Shown here: piece after piece, positions 37,725-48,320 of the stretch | How positions within the stretch are numbered: the first letter of the stretch is position 1 | How the letters are laid out: every line of letters starts with the position of its first letter | From: Bacilli bacterium | Lineage (GTDB): Bacteria > Bacillota_I > Bacilli_A > RFN20 > DUOF01 | NCBI GenBank assembly: GCA_045119835.1 | Contig: JBGVED010000040.1 | Coordinates: 388 to 64,387 of the forward strand | Direction of reading: 5' to 3' | DNA length: 64,000 nt | The notes under the pieces: model-generated | Database searches by the model: none | What the model was told of the DNA's origin: nothing | Seen by the model: only the letters and a program-made list of their open reading frames with translations | Position numbers and translations under genes: made by a program

Positions 37725-38270
37725 ATGGATAATTTAGTAGAACTAACAAAAAGTAAAATGACAAAATCAGTAGAATCATTTGAAAGTGAATTAGCAACTG
37801 TAAGAACAGGTATTGCAAGCGCTAGTATTCTTGATAGAATTGAAGTTATGTATTATGGATTTAAAACACCTTTAAACCAAGTTGCTTCAATTTCTGTACC
37901 AGAACCAAGAATGTTAGTAATTAAACCTTATGAAAAAGGAACATTAAAAGATATCGAAAAAGCAATTGTTGAAGCAAACATCGGTTTAACACCAAATAAT
38001 GATGGTACTATAATAAGAATCATTATCCCTGCTCTAACAGAAGAGAGAAGAAAAGAACTTTGTAAACAAGTATCACGTTACAGTGAAGACGCTAAAGTTT
38101 CTATAAGAAACATTAGAAGAGACGCTAATGATACAGTAAAAAAGAACAAAGAAGTTTCTGAAGATACTAGAAAAAATCTAGAAGAAAACATTCAAAAACT
38201 TACTGATGAATTTGTTAAAAAAATTGATACAATAGCAAAAGATAAAGAAAAAGATATAATGAGCATTTAA
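37725..38270 (+). CDS. frr: Ribosome recycling factor
   Basis: LATVRTGIASASILD, PEPRMLVIKPYE and IRNIRRDAND are present. Confidence 0.96.
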   Translation: MDNLVELTKSKMTKSVESFESELATVRTGIASASILDRIEVMYYGFKTPLNQVASISVPEPRMLVIKPYEKGTLKDIEKAIVEANIGLTPNNDGTIIRIIIPALTEERRKELCKQVSRYSEDAKVSIRNIRRDANDTVKKNKEVSEDTRKNLEENIQKLTDEFVKKIDTIAKDKEKDIMSI

Positions 38271-38299
38271 TATTTAAATCACATTAAGCATAAAATATT

Positions 38300-38328
38300 A
38301 AGGAGTAGTAATACTCCTTTTATTTTTC
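38300..38328 (+). terminator. Rho-independent terminator after frr
   Basis: AAGGAGTA (38300-07), loop gtaa, TACTCCTT (38312-19), then a T-rich run. A second 10-bp inverted repeat (ttcttatatt/aatataagaa) follows at about 38326-38347. Confidence 0.7.
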
Positions 38329-38414
38329 TTATATTTTAATATAAGAAAATAATATTTTAAGTTACTATTAAGCAATTTTATGGTATTATAAATAAGTAAC
38401 TAGGAGGTCTTAAA

Positions 38415-39263
38415 ATGAAAACAAGAATACTAACAGGATTATTAATTGGAATTATCGTCATACCTTTATTACTATTAGGAAACATTCCATTTTTAGTTGG
38501 AATAACATTATTATTATCAGGAGTTGCTTATGAAATAAGTAACATGAAACAAAATCCTTTATTTATAAAAATAATAACTATATTATTAATTGGAGGCACA
38601 TGTATATACAATTATTTCAATATAAACAACAATATATACTTACCTTTGACTTCAATTTTTCTACCTATACTTATTTATTATGCAATAGCAGTATGGTATG
38701 AAAAATTTGAATTTAGAGAAGCAACTTTTTTAAGCTTATTCGCAATATTAATGAATATTTTTAGTCAAAGCATCTTATATATAAGAAGTATAAATGATAA
38801 CGCTAATGCCTTAGCATTCCTAATAATTACGACTTGCTCTGTTGACGTTTTTGCTTTATTCGTAGGATGCAAATTTGGAAAGCACAAATTAAATCCTCGA
38901 ATTTCTCCAAAAAAATCAATAGAAGGTTCAATTGGAGGAATAGTATGCGCAACTATACTAGCATTCATTTTTAACTGGTTTTTCCCAATATTTGAAACAA
39001 ACAATACATCAAATTTCTTAAATTTAGCATTCAACTCAAACTTGACTATAGTCGAACCATTAAAAGTATTACTTATAACATTATTTTTAACAACTATCGG
39101 ACAACTTGGAGATTTAGTTTTCAGTATGATTAAAAGAAACTATGAAATTAAAGATTTTGGGAGTCTATTACCAGGACATGGAGGATTAACAGATAGAATT
39201 GATAGCGTTTGCTTCAATAGTATCGTATTCCAAATCCTATTTGTATTACTACTAACATTATAA
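38415..39263 (+). CDS. cdsA: Phosphatidate cytidylyltransferase
   Basis: SPKKSIEGSIGG and FSMIKRNYEIKDFGSLLPGHGGLTDRIDS (the CDS signature) are present. Confidence 0.9.
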   Translation: MKTRILTGLLIGIIVIPLLLLGNIPFLVGITLLLSGVAYEISNMKQNPLFIKIITILLIGGTCIYNYFNINNNIYLPLTSIFLPILIYYAIAVWYEKFEFREATFLSLFAILMNIFSQSILYIRSINDNANALAFLIITTCSVDVFALFVGCKFGKHKLNPRISPKKSIEGSIGGIVCATILAFIFNWFFPIFETNNTSNFLNLAFNSNLTIVEPLKVLLITLFLTTIGQLGDLVFSMIKRNYEIKDFGSLLPGHGGLTDRIDSVCFNSIVFQILFVLLLTL

Positions 39264-39281
39264 AAAAGAAAGGGTGTTTAA

Positions 39282-40400
39282 ATGTTTATCTTTAACCTAT
39301 TACTATTTTTAATAGCTTTATCTTTACTAATATTTATTCACGAATTTGGCCATTTTTTATTTGCTAAAATATTTAATGTTTACTGTATGGAATTTTCTTT
39401 AGGAATGGGGCCTGCCATATTTAGCAAAAAATTCAAAAAAGATCCAGAAACAACATACTCTTTAAGAAGTTTGCCAATAGGTGGCTATGTTGCCATGGCT
39501 GGCGAAATAGAAGGCGACGAAAAAGAAAAAGAATTAAATATTCCTTACCATCGAACAATAAATGGAATCAAAGCTTGGAAAAGAGCAATTGTTGTCGTTG
39601 CTGGAGTAACATTTAATTTTATATTTGCTTTAATACTAATTGCCATTTACATTTTTGCAAGTGGCGTAAGCTCTAACGATAATAGAATTACTATTCAAAA
39701 AGACTCTATTGCATATAACGCAGGACTTAGAAGTGGAGATAAAATAGTATCAGTTACAAGCAATATTGTAAAAGATGGGGAAACAATAGTTTACAGCAGC
39801 TGTATAGAACAATCTTGCCCTATTTCTAAAATTACTGAATTAGTAGAAATTGTTAATAATCAAACACCAAGCAGCGAAAACAAAACGCAAATAATAACAA
39901 TAAATTATTACCACAATAATGAATTATTAGAAAAAACAATTACTAGAAGTTATGATAATAAAACTGAATCTGCTCAAATAATAGGATTAAGTAATTATCT
40001 AGTAACACCTAGCTTTTTTGAAGGCCTTAGCTTAACCTTTAAAACATTCGGTGAAATCATAGTTTTGATGTTTCAAGCTATAGGTTCTTTATTCACTAAA
40101 GAAGGCTTCAGCCAGGTTGGAGGTCCTATACAAGTTTATAGTGTTAGTGCTCAAATGGCTAGTGAAGGTGTATTGTCATATATTTGGTTTTTAGCAATAA
40201 TTTCTGTAAATTTAGGATTTTTCAACTTGTTACCTATTCCTGGACTTGATGGAGCAAGATTTTATTTATCTATCGGCGAAACTCTTACAAATAAAAAATT
40301 CAACCCTAAAGTAGAAAGTTATATAAATATGGTAGGAATGTTCTTCTTATTTGGATTGATGATTATAGTTACAATTAAAGATGTATTTATGTTATTTTAA
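39282..40400 (+). CDS. rseP: RIP (site-2) zinc metalloprotease RseP/RasP, M50 family
   Basis: HEFGHFLFAK (HExxH in TM1), a PDZ-like middle region and a C-terminal NLLPIPGLDG are present. Confidence 0.9.
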   Translation: MFIFNLLLFLIALSLLIFIHEFGHFLFAKIFNVYCMEFSLGMGPAIFSKKFKKDPETTYSLRSLPIGGYVAMAGEIEGDEKEKELNIPYHRTINGIKAWKRAIVVVAGVTFNFIFALILIAIYIFASGVSSNDNRITIQKDSIAYNAGLRSGDKIVSVTSNIVKDGETIVYSSCIEQSCPISKITELVEIVNNQTPSSENKTQIITINYYHNNELLEKTITRSYDNKTESAQIIGLSNYLVTPSFFEGLSLTFKTFGEIIVLMFQAIGSLFTKEGFSQVGGPIQVYSVSAQMASEGVLSYIWFLAIISVNLGFFNLLPIPGLDGARFYLSIGETLTNKKFNPKVESYINMVGMFFLFGLMIIVTIKDVFMLF

Positions 40401-40428
40401 TTATTGATTTTAGAAGTAGGTGATGTAA

Positions 40429-43400
40429 ATGGATTCAAAATTAAAAGACTTTTTATCAACATTTAAATTAAAAGATAGTGAATATGAATTGTTTGAAAGT
40501 GCTAAATTAACAAATGCAACATACATAACTTCTTTACAAAAATTCATTATCGATTTATCTTTTGATTCTTTGTGTAATCCTTCTTTGTATTTCGTTTTAG
40601 AAAAAATTAAAAATAATGAAATGTATAATATAAACATTAACATAAATCAACACGAAACATTAATGGGAAGCGATTATTTAAAAGAAATATTCCAAAAAGT
40701 TATATTATTAAAATACAAAAATAGTGCGATGATGCAATCTATAAAAAATATTAATATTGAAGTTTTAAATAACAGAATAAACTTTATCTTTACAAGTGAA
40801 ATGCAAAGAGACTCTTTCTTATCATATAAAAAAGAATTCCAAAATATCTATGCTTGTTTAGGAGCAAATAAAATACTAGAATTTTTAGTATCAAAGCCAC
40901 AAGATATAGACGTAAAAAAAGAATTTGAAGATGAAGTAAATGAAATAATAAAAAATACGATGCCTACTCCCCCTCAAACAATAAAAAGAGAAATTGCTCC
41001 TGAAAAACTACAAAACAATTATTATAGTCACGGAGAAGATGAAGTAGCAATAGCAACATTAAATCAAAATGATAAAAACGTTACCATCTCAGGTAAAGTC
41101 TTTGCAATTGAAGAAAAAGAATACAACAATAGACTTATAATGAGTTATTATATAACTGACTATAATGATTCAATAAGTGTCAAATGTTTTGAAAGTGCTA
41201 AATTAACTCGTGAAATATTAAAAGATATAAAGACTGGATCTTGGTTAAAAATTAAAGGAAATGTAACTTACGACAATTATGAAAAAGAAGATGTTTTAAC
41301 AGCTAACTACATTGAAGAAATAGATGTAAATGAAAAAATATTAGATACTGCTGAAACAAAAAGAGTAGAATTACATACACACACTAAAATGTCTAACATG
41401 GATGGCGTTGTAGACGCAAGCGACTACATAAAACAAGCTATTGAATGGGGACACAAAGCTATAGCAATAACAGATCATGGAGTTGTTCAAGCTTATCCTG
41501 ACGCAAACAATGCATCTAAAGGAAAAGATATTAAAGTTATATATGGATTAGAAGCTTATGTAATTGAAGAACACAGCAAACACATCCTAAATCCTACTAA
41601 CATTGATTTAGAACAAGCCACCTTCGTTTCTTTTGACTTAGAAACTACAGGTCTATCTTCAAGAATGGAAGAAATAATAGAAATTGGTGCCGTAAAAATG
41701 AAAAACGGTATGCAAGAAGATACATTTCAAACATTTGTAAATCCAGGTAAACCATTGTCTAAATTCACAACAGAATTAACAAATATAACAAATAACGACG
41801 TAAAAGATGCCCCAACACTTGAAGAAGCCATATCCAAATTTTTAGAGTTTTCTAAAGATTGCATATTAGTTGCACATAACGCTATATTCGATATATCTTT
41901 TATAAAAAATGCTATAAATAAACTAGGATTCCCTAAACTAACAAATCCAATTATAGATACATTACCATTATCTAGATATTTATATAGCGAGCACCGTTCA
42001 CACACTTTAGGGGCTGTAGCAAGAAGATTTAACATAGAGTATGATGAAGATACTGCTCACCGAGCTATTTACGATGCTAAAGTACTAGCAAACGTATTTG
42101 AAGTACTATTAAATGAAATTGTCCATAACAGAGGAATCAAAAAACATTGCGATATAGAAACATTCCAAGATTATGACAACCTAAAAAAAAGACCATTCCA
42201 TGTAAATATTTTAGTTAAAAATCAACAAGGAATAAAAGACCTATACAAACTAGTATCAAAATCAAATGTCGAGTATTATAACGAAGTACCCCTAATTCCT
42301 AGAAAAGAATTAGAAGCGCACAGAGAAAACTTGTTATTAGGAAGTGCTTGCTTTAAAGGAGAAGTATGGGATATAGCCTCTACTAGAAATCATGAAGATT
42401 TATTAGAAACTGCTAAATTCTACGACTTCCTTGAAGTACAACCTCTTGATAATTACTCCTTTTTAGTAGACACAGGTTCAGTGGATGGAAATGAAACCTT
42501 AAAGAAAATTATTAATTTTATAATAGATGTTGGAAAAGAATTAAATATTCCTGTCGTTGCTACAGGAGACGCACACTACGTAAATCCAAAAGAAAAAATA
42601 TTTAGGGATGTTTATATAACTGCACAAGCAATTGGAGGAAAACATCACCCTCTATACGATTTCAAGAAAAGAGTAAAAGAAAATCCAAATCAACACCTAA
42701 GAACAACAAATGAAATGCTAGAAGCATTTGAATTTTTAGGAAAAGATTTAGCTTATGAAATCGTAGTAACAAATTCCAACGCAATAGCCGATTCCATTGA
42801 TAAAGTCATTCCTCTTAAAGATGGCACATATTCTCCTAGAATAGAAAATGATAAGGAAGAATTAACTAGAATTTGCTGGGAAACAGCACATAAACTATAT
42901 GGTGAAAACATACCTGAAATTGTTGTAAAAAGAGTAGAAAAAGAACTAAACAGTATAATAGGAAACGGATTTGCCGTAATGTACTATATTGCACATAAAT
43001 TAGTTAAAAAGTCCAATGATGATGGATATATCGTAGGATCTAGAGGATCAGTAGGTTCATCCCTTGTAGCACACTTTACAGGTATTACAGAAGTTAATGC
43101 ACTAGAGCCACATTATATTTGCGATAATTGTAAACACAGCGAATTTGATAACTTACCAGAAGGAATATACAGCGGATATGACTTACCAGAAAAAGTATGT
43201 CCAAAATGTGGAATGGTAATGAGAGGCGAAGGTCATAACATTCCCTTTGAAACATTCTTAGGATTTAAAGGAGACAAAGTCCCTGATATAGACTTAAACT
43301 TTTCAGGTGATTATCAACCACGAGCTCATGACTATACAAAAGTATTGTTTGGCGAAGAAAATGTTTATAGAGCAGGTACAATTGGTACTGTCGCAGAAAA

Positions 43401-44739
43401 AACTGCCTATGGATACGTAAAAGGCTATTTTGAAGAATTAGGAAAAGAAAACCAAACAAGAAAAGCAGAAATGAGAAGAATTGCTATGGGATGTGGAGGA
43501 ATAAAACGAACTACTGGACAGCATCCAGGTGGCATTATTGTTATTCCAAACTATATGGATGTTTACGATTTTACTCCAATTCAATACCCAGCAGACTCTT
43601 TAGACGCCAACTGGAAAACAACACACTTTGACTTCCATGCAATACACGATAACGTCTTAAAACTAGATATTTTAGGACACGTTGATCCAACAGCTTTAAG
43701 AATGTTACAAGATATAACAGGTATAAACCCAAAAGATATAGATTGCAGTGATAAAAGAGTCATCTCTTTATTTACAAGTTGCAAAGAGCTTGGGGTTACA
43801 AAAGAAGATATTCTAAATGAAAATGGAGTTGTCGGAATACCTGAATTTGGTACTAACTTCGTCAGAAAAATGGTTTTAGAATGTCAACCTACAAGTTTTG
43901 CGGAATTAGTTCAAATTTCTGGATTATCACACGGAACAGACGTATGGAATAATAATGCACAAGAATTAATAAACAATAAAACATGCAAACTAATGAATGT
44001 TATAGGATGTCGTGACGATATAATGGTTGAACTAATTAAAATGGGATTAGAACCTTCTATGGCCTTTAAAATAATGGAATCTGTAAGAAAAGGAAAAGGA
44101 TTAAGTCCAGAATTTGAAGAAGCTATGATAGCTAATAATGTTCCAAGTTGGTATATTGCCTCTTGTAAAAAAATAAAATATATGTTCCCTAAAGCCCATG
44201 CTGTAGCATATGTTACAATGGCTATGCGTGTAGCGTGGTTTAAAGTATATCGACCTTTAGAGTACTATGCAGTTTATTTTTCAACTAGATGTGATGCCTA
44301 CGATATTGAAACAATGATACAAGGAAAAGATGCTATAAAAGCAAAATTCCTTGATATACAGTCAAGAAAAAGCAGTTATGAAACAGCAAAAGATGTAACA
44401 AATAAAGAAGAAAGTTTACTAACAACACTAGAAAGTGCAATTGAAATGACTGCTCGAGGATACACATTCTCTAACATTGATTTATATAGATCAGATGCAA
44501 AGAATTTTATCGTAGATCACGAAACAAAATCACTAATCCCACCTTTTAGTGCAATTGATGGTTTAGGTGAAGCCGCTGCAAAAACTGTAATAGAAGCTAG
44601 AAAAAATGGCGAATTCTTATCAATTGAAGATTTAACAATTAGAACTCAACTTAATGGAACAAATATAAAAATGTTAGAAAAAATCGGCGTGTTAAAAAAC
44701 ATGCAACAAAAAAACCAATTAGAATTAGATTTATTTTAA
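40429..44739 (+). CDS. polC: DNA polymerase III PolC-type (PHP, 3'-5' exonuclease and polymerase domains)
   Basis: The product is 1436 aa. It contains VELHTHTKMSNMDG (PHP), FVSFDLETTGLS and AHNAIFDISF (exonuclease), and HPGGIIV and DFHAIHDNVLKLDILGHVDPT (polymerase). Confidence 0.97.
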   Translation: MDSKLKDFLSTFKLKDSEYELFESAKLTNATYITSLQKFIIDLSFDSLCNPSLYFVLEKIKNNEMYNINININQHETLMGSDYLKEIFQKVILLKYKNSAMMQSIKNINIEVLNNRINFIFTSEMQRDSFLSYKKEFQNIYACLGANKILEFLVSKPQDIDVKKEFEDEVNEIIKNTMPTPPQTIKREIAPEKLQNNYYSHGEDEVAIATLNQNDKNVTISGKVFAIEEKEYNNRLIMSYYITDYNDSISVKCFESAKLTREILKDIKTGSWLKIKGNVTYDNYEKEDVLTANYIEEIDVNEKILDTAETKRVELHTHTKMSNMDGVVDASDYIKQAIEWGHKAIAITDHGVVQAYPDANNASKGKDIKVIYGLEAYVIEEHSKHILNPTNIDLEQATFVSFDLETTGLSSRMEEIIEIGAVKMKNGMQEDTFQTFVNPGKPLSKFTTELTNITNNDVKDAPTLEEAISKFLEFSKDCILVAHNAIFDISFIKNAINKLGFPKLTNPIIDTLPLSRYLYSEHRSHTLGAVARRFNIEYDEDTAHRAIYDAKVLANVFEVLLNEIVHNRGIKKHCDIETFQDYDNLKKRPFHVNILVKNQQGIKDLYKLVSKSNVEYYNEVPLIPRKELEAHRENLLLGSACFKGEVWDIASTRNHEDLLETAKFYDFLEVQPLDNYSFLVDTGSVDGNETLKKIINFIIDVGKELNIPVVATGDAHYVNPKEKIFRDVYITAQAIGGKHHPLYDFKKRVKENPNQHLRTTNEMLEAFEFLGKDLAYEIVVTNSNAIADSIDKVIPLKDGTYSPRIENDKEELTRICWETAHKLYGENIPEIVVKRVEKELNSIIGNGFAVMYYIAHKLVKKSNDDGYIVGSRGSVGSSLVAHFTGITEVNALEPHYICDNCKHSEFDNLPEGIYSGYDLPEKVCPKCGMVMRGEGHNIPFETFLGFKGDKVPDIDLNFSGDYQPRAHDYTKVLFGEENVYRAGTIGTVAEKTAYGYVKGYFEELGKENQTRKAEMRRIAMGCGGIKRTTGQHPGGIIVIPNYMDVYDFTPIQYPADSLDANWKTTHFDFHAIHDNVLKLDILGHVDPTALRMLQDITGINPKDIDCSDKRVISLFTSCKELGVTKEDILNENGVVGIPEFGTNFVRKMVLECQPTSFAELVQISGLSHGTDVWNNNAQELINNKTCKLMNVIGCRDDIMVELIKMGLEPSMAFKIMESVRKGKGLSPEFEEAMIANNVPSWYIASCKKIKYMFPKAHAVAYVTMAMRVAWFKVYRPLEYYAVYFSTRCDAYDIETMIQGKDAIKAKFLDIQSRKSSYETAKDVTNKEESLLTTLESAIEMTARGYTFSNIDLYRSDAKNFIVDHETKSLIPPFSAIDGLGEAAAKTVIEARKNGEFLSIEDLTIRTQLNGTNIKMLEKIGVLKNMQQKNQLELDLF

Positions 44740-44740
44740 A

Positions 44741-44771
44741 AGGATTGCATAAAACAGCAATCCTTTTTTTC
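44741..44771 (+). terminator. Rho-independent terminator after polC
   Basis: AGGATTGC (44741-48), loop ataaaaca, GCAATCCT (44757-64), then T7. Confidence 0.8.
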
Positions 44772-44781
44772 TATTCTATAT

Positions 44782-45375
44782 TTATCTTTTGTTAGATACA
44801 TTCATCAAAGCTTCAGCTCTTTTTGTATTATACTCATCTTTGGTAATCATACCAGATTTTAACAACTCTGCTAATTCCTCTAACTTTTTATTAAGTTCTA
44901 CAGTATTCTCAATTTTTATTTTTCCTTGTACACCATGAATAGGTTTGTAATTAGATAAAAATGACATAGTACCAACTTTAGCCAAAGAATGCTTAATCAA
45001 TAATTGGGTATCTATTTCACTATATGGTACATAACCTTTTTTTCTAAGCAAAACTCTAGCAACTACTTTAGAAGAAATAAAAGATAAAACAATGTGAATT
45101 CCTATAACAATTCCTAAAGTGATATAATAATGTTCTCCTGGAAATTTCAAGAAAGAAACATACTTCTCATCAATTCCAAAAGAAACTAATAATTCAATTA
45201 ACTTAATACCGGCCTCTTTCCATATACCATAAACATAAATCAATAATAAAACAAGAAATCTGCCAAGAAAACCATTAAATAAATAATAAAATGGTCCAAA
45301 AAGGAAGTAACCCCAAGAAAAAGTTAAAAACAACTCCCTTTGTTCTCCTGTTCTTTTTACAAGTTTAGCCTTCAT
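44782..45375 (-). CDS. Membrane protein with C-terminal SHOCT domain
   Basis: Hydrophobic segments are followed by LEELAELLKSGMITKDEYNTKRAEAL, which matches the SHOCT short C-terminal domain pattern. The start was moved to the ATG at 45375, after AAGGGGG. Confidence 0.65.
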   Translation of the reverse strand: MKAKLVKRTGEQRELFLTFSWGYFLFGPFYYLFNGFLGRFLVLLLIYVYGIWKEAGIKLIELLVSFGIDEKYVSFLKFPGEHYYITLGIVIGIHIVLSFISSKVVARVLLRKKGYVPYSEIDTQLLIKHSLAKVGTMSFLSNYKPIHGVQGKIKIENTVELNKKLEELAELLKSGMITKDEYNTKRAEALMNVSNKR

Positions 45376-45395
45376 CACAATTACCCCCTTAACAA

Positions 45396-48320
45396 TTAAA
45401 CCATACTACCATCAAATTTTAATTCGATTAATTCTTCTGTATAAATTGAACTAGCATTAGTCACAATATCTTCTCCATCTTCAGTTTTCTCAAGTATATT
45501 AGCAGTAAAATAAATAGGTATATAAGCGTGATAATAAGTAACATCGTCTAACGCAGCTGCTATTCCATCAATATGTTCCTCAATGCTTTCAATACTTAAT
45601 CCACCCTTAATTGATTCCCTTAATCCTACAATATAAGAATCTATTTGCGTTGTTGCATATCCTCCCATTAAATAATTTAATCCATTAGATATAGTTGTTA
45701 ATTCGGTTATTGTTTCAGCAACACAATAAACAGAATATCCTCCTTCTCCATGAGTTAAAGCATATGTAACATTCTCATAAACAAATCGTTCATTAACAAT
45801 ATCAATGCGAGTTACACCATTGCTAAGATAATATTGACCTGAATCTTCATGTATTCTATATCTATCACCGCTCAAATTAACATAATAAAGTCCATTTTCC
45901 TGTTCAATACTAACCTGTGTTCTCCTAGCAATACTTAAAAGTTCACTCTTATAATCACGAATTGCATCATAATTAAACTTATGCGCCTCTTCTAATTTAA
46001 CTAACTGAGTATTTCTTATTGAATTAACTTGATTTATAAAACTCGTAGTTACTCCAATATTTTTAACACCATTGCTAAAACTACTATATCCATTTACATT
46101 AACATCAATAGGATTAGAACAAGATTTTCCATACTCAATTGAAGCACAGTATTCGATTTTCTCTAACGTAGTTTTTCTTTCTGAATTTCCTGCCAACAAA
46201 TCGAAAATAGAAAATCCAGTAACATTATTATTAGCATCTTTGTTCGTACTAGCATAGAATTTCATATGCGCAGCAGACGTTACACCCCATGAATCTAGAA
46301 TAGCATAAATATAAGACCACGAAGAAGCACCATAAATTTCATCAACAAATTTTCCATCCGAGTACAACCTAATAGAAGGAGAACCGGTTAATTGTTTCAA
46401 TTTATTAACATCGCTAATATTTGCCATTTTGAAAACAGGAATACTAGATGCTTCTTTAAATTCATTTGTCTTTTTATCCAAAGTTCCACATTTTGGAATT
46501 TTATTTCCGTTTTCATCAGTAAAATATACAATATCCTCATAACACAATGTTGTAGAAACTTCTTTATCTTCTGGAATATTATAATTATAAATAGGGATTT
46601 TTAAATAATTTTCTGCAATAATGTCATCCATTGCTTCTTTATAAACTTCACAGAAATTAGCACTATTTGTATCATTTATAGCCTTTTTAGTAGAAATAGC
46701 CGCATACAAAGCAATACCACCAGCAACTAAAAGCAACGCCGCTCCTACAATCCAACCAACACCTGGAACACTAAGCGAAGCAGCACCAACAGCTGCAAGC
46801 ATAGAACTAACAACAGCTGTTTGAGTAATAAGAGCAACAGCAGTATAAGCTAATACGCCAACTCCAACAGCTACAGCAATTCCACCTACCCCAATTCCAA
46901 CATTAGCAAGAACTTCTGCTAAATAACTGGCCAATGTTCTATTAGTACAAGCATCCATTTGAGTCATCATCTCTAAGAAATTAGTATTAAATAAGAAATC
47001 TTCTCCTGCCTGACTTACAATATTTCCTCTATCAATAATAAATCCATCAGCAGTTGTAAAAGCTATATAATCCCCTTTATTACCTCGATCAATAGTACCA
47101 TCTAAAATTTTAGAATACTCATTTACATCAGTAATTTGAGTAACAGAATTCGTTACCTTTGTACTAGAATTAAAATCCAAAATTGTAGTATAGTAAATTC
47201 TTTTTATTCTACCTAACAAAGAAAAATCATACTTAAATTTATAAACAGTTTGAGCAACATAATTATTTATAGCAGAAGCACTACAAAAGTCTTCAGCTGC
47301 ATTCGCTCCACTACAAAGATAAGTGTTAACAACATTTTTTACATAATTTTCTACGGTTCCTCCTTTATCAGAACCAATTAATTCATTAAACCACCCAACG
47401 TTATCAAAACTATATCCTAAAACTTGTTCATGAGTAAAATATCCAAAAAGAGCCCCTTCACCATATAATAAAGTAACACCTTCAGAAGTTCCTTTACCAA
47501 CATTAGCCACTACATTTTGTCCATCCGGCTTATTATCATAGTTTTTATCTCCACATTTAGTTAAAGCAGAACTATCAATTCCAGTATAATCAACAATATT
47601 ATAATTAGAATCAACGCGTAAAAAATCACATTCAGAAACATATCGTTTAGCATTTACAATATTCTTCAAATTATATTGTTCTTCATTTCTAACAACTTTT
47701 GCTCGTTTTGAAGGTTCAAGTTTACTATTTTCATCAATAAATGTTGCAAGACCTGCTTTCTGCATTTCTTCATATGTATGATAATTATCAGCATCCGAAG
47801 GACCTAAAAAATCTAAAGCGTTTTCTATAAATCCTTTATCAGCTTCCTCATTTGCCATATCCTCCCAAGCTAAAAAATTATCTACTAAAACATAATATAT
47901 TAAAATTTTATATTGTGGTTTATCAAACAAAAACTTACCATCAACAACTTCCTCTGCATAAGGAATTACACCATTATACGTAGCATTGAACATTAAATTT
48001 GATTTGTCTGGAAAGCACTTATCTTCATTTCCATCGCCATCCGTATCACTACACTCACCTTTTGGCAAAACAACCAAAATAAAATCTCTCATACTAAGCA
48101 AATAGCTATAGTACATATCCTTATCCATTTCAATAAATTGTGCTTGAGCATACGTAGAATACGCATAAATATTTTTTCCTTTTCCTATAATAGAATTTTG
48201 CCTACTTTCTTTTAAGTTATTCTCATTGTCTCCACAAGCACTAAGTAAAGGAATAGTAACACAAACAACAATCAACAAACTAACAACTTTTCTAACTTTT
48301 CTAAAAAATTTATACAACAT
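45396..48320 (-). CDS. Large lipoprotein with central Gly/Ala-rich membrane-spanning bundle, function unknown
   Basis: The signal peptide carries the lipobox LLSAC (Cys29). The hydrophobic region at aa 463-543, VGIGVGGIAVAVGVGV...VPGVGWIVGAALLLVAGGIALYAAI, separates two Cys-rich domains of about 430 aa each. The SD is GGAGG. Confidence 0.7.
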   Translation of the reverse strand: MLYKFFRKVRKVVSLLIVVCVTIPLLSACGDNENNLKESRQNSIIGKGKNIYAYSTYAQAQFIEMDKDMYYSYLLSMRDFILVVLPKGECSDTDGDGNEDKCFPDKSNLMFNATYNGVIPYAEEVVDGKFLFDKPQYKILIYYVLVDNFLAWEDMANEEADKGFIENALDFLGPSDADNYHTYEEMQKAGLATFIDENSKLEPSKRAKVVRNEEQYNLKNIVNAKRYVSECDFLRVDSNYNIVDYTGIDSSALTKCGDKNYDNKPDGQNVVANVGKGTSEGVTLLYGEGALFGYFTHEQVLGYSFDNVGWFNELIGSDKGGTVENYVKNVVNTYLCSGANAAEDFCSASAINNYVAQTVYKFKYDFSLLGRIKRIYYTTILDFNSSTKVTNSVTQITDVNEYSKILDGTIDRGNKGDYIAFTTADGFIIDRGNIVSQAGEDFLFNTNFLEMMTQMDACTNRTLASYLAEVLANVGIGVGGIAVAVGVGVLAYTAVALITQTAVVSSMLAAVGAASLSVPGVGWIVGAALLLVAGGIALYAAISTKKAINDTNSANFCEVYKEAMDDIIAENYLKIPIYNYNIPEDKEVSTTLCYEDIVYFTDENGNKIPKCGTLDKKTNEFKEASSIPVFKMANISDVNKLKQLTGSPSIRLYSDGKFVDEIYGASSWSYIYAILDSWGVTSAAHMKFYASTNKDANNNVTGFSIFDLLAGNSERKTTLEKIEYCASIEYGKSCSNPIDVNVNGYSSFSNGVKNIGVTTSFINQVNSIRNTQLVKLEEAHKFNYDAIRDYKSELLSIARRTQVSIEQENGLYYVNLSGDRYRIHEDSGQYYLSNGVTRIDIVNERFVYENVTYALTHGEGGYSVYCVAETITELTTISNGLNYLMGGYATTQIDSYIVGLRESIKGGLSIESIEEHIDGIAAALDDVTYYHAYIPIYFTANILEKTEDGEDIVTNASSIYTEELIELKFDGSMV

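Noticed and set aside
40410-44739. Short ORFs inside or overlapping polC (40410..40643, 41727..42035, 43265..43459, 43581..43784), and similar ORFs inside other genes (4110..4319, 4807..5025, 6686..6916, 17377..17571, 18310..18492, 21196..21522, 24890..25120, 28647..29002, 29771..30067, 35597..35818, 38765..39034, 46072..46604, 51581..51877, 54858..55055, 56016..56210, 57905..58126)
   Set aside because: All are short, lie within or antisense to well-supported longer genes, and lack ribosome-binding sites.
46692-46934. Local GC-rich patch in an otherwise AT-rich gene
   Set aside because: It is explained by the Gly/Ala/Val codons of the hydrophobic glycine-zipper segment of the 974-aa lipoprotein. 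It is not a foreign insertion or an RNA gene.
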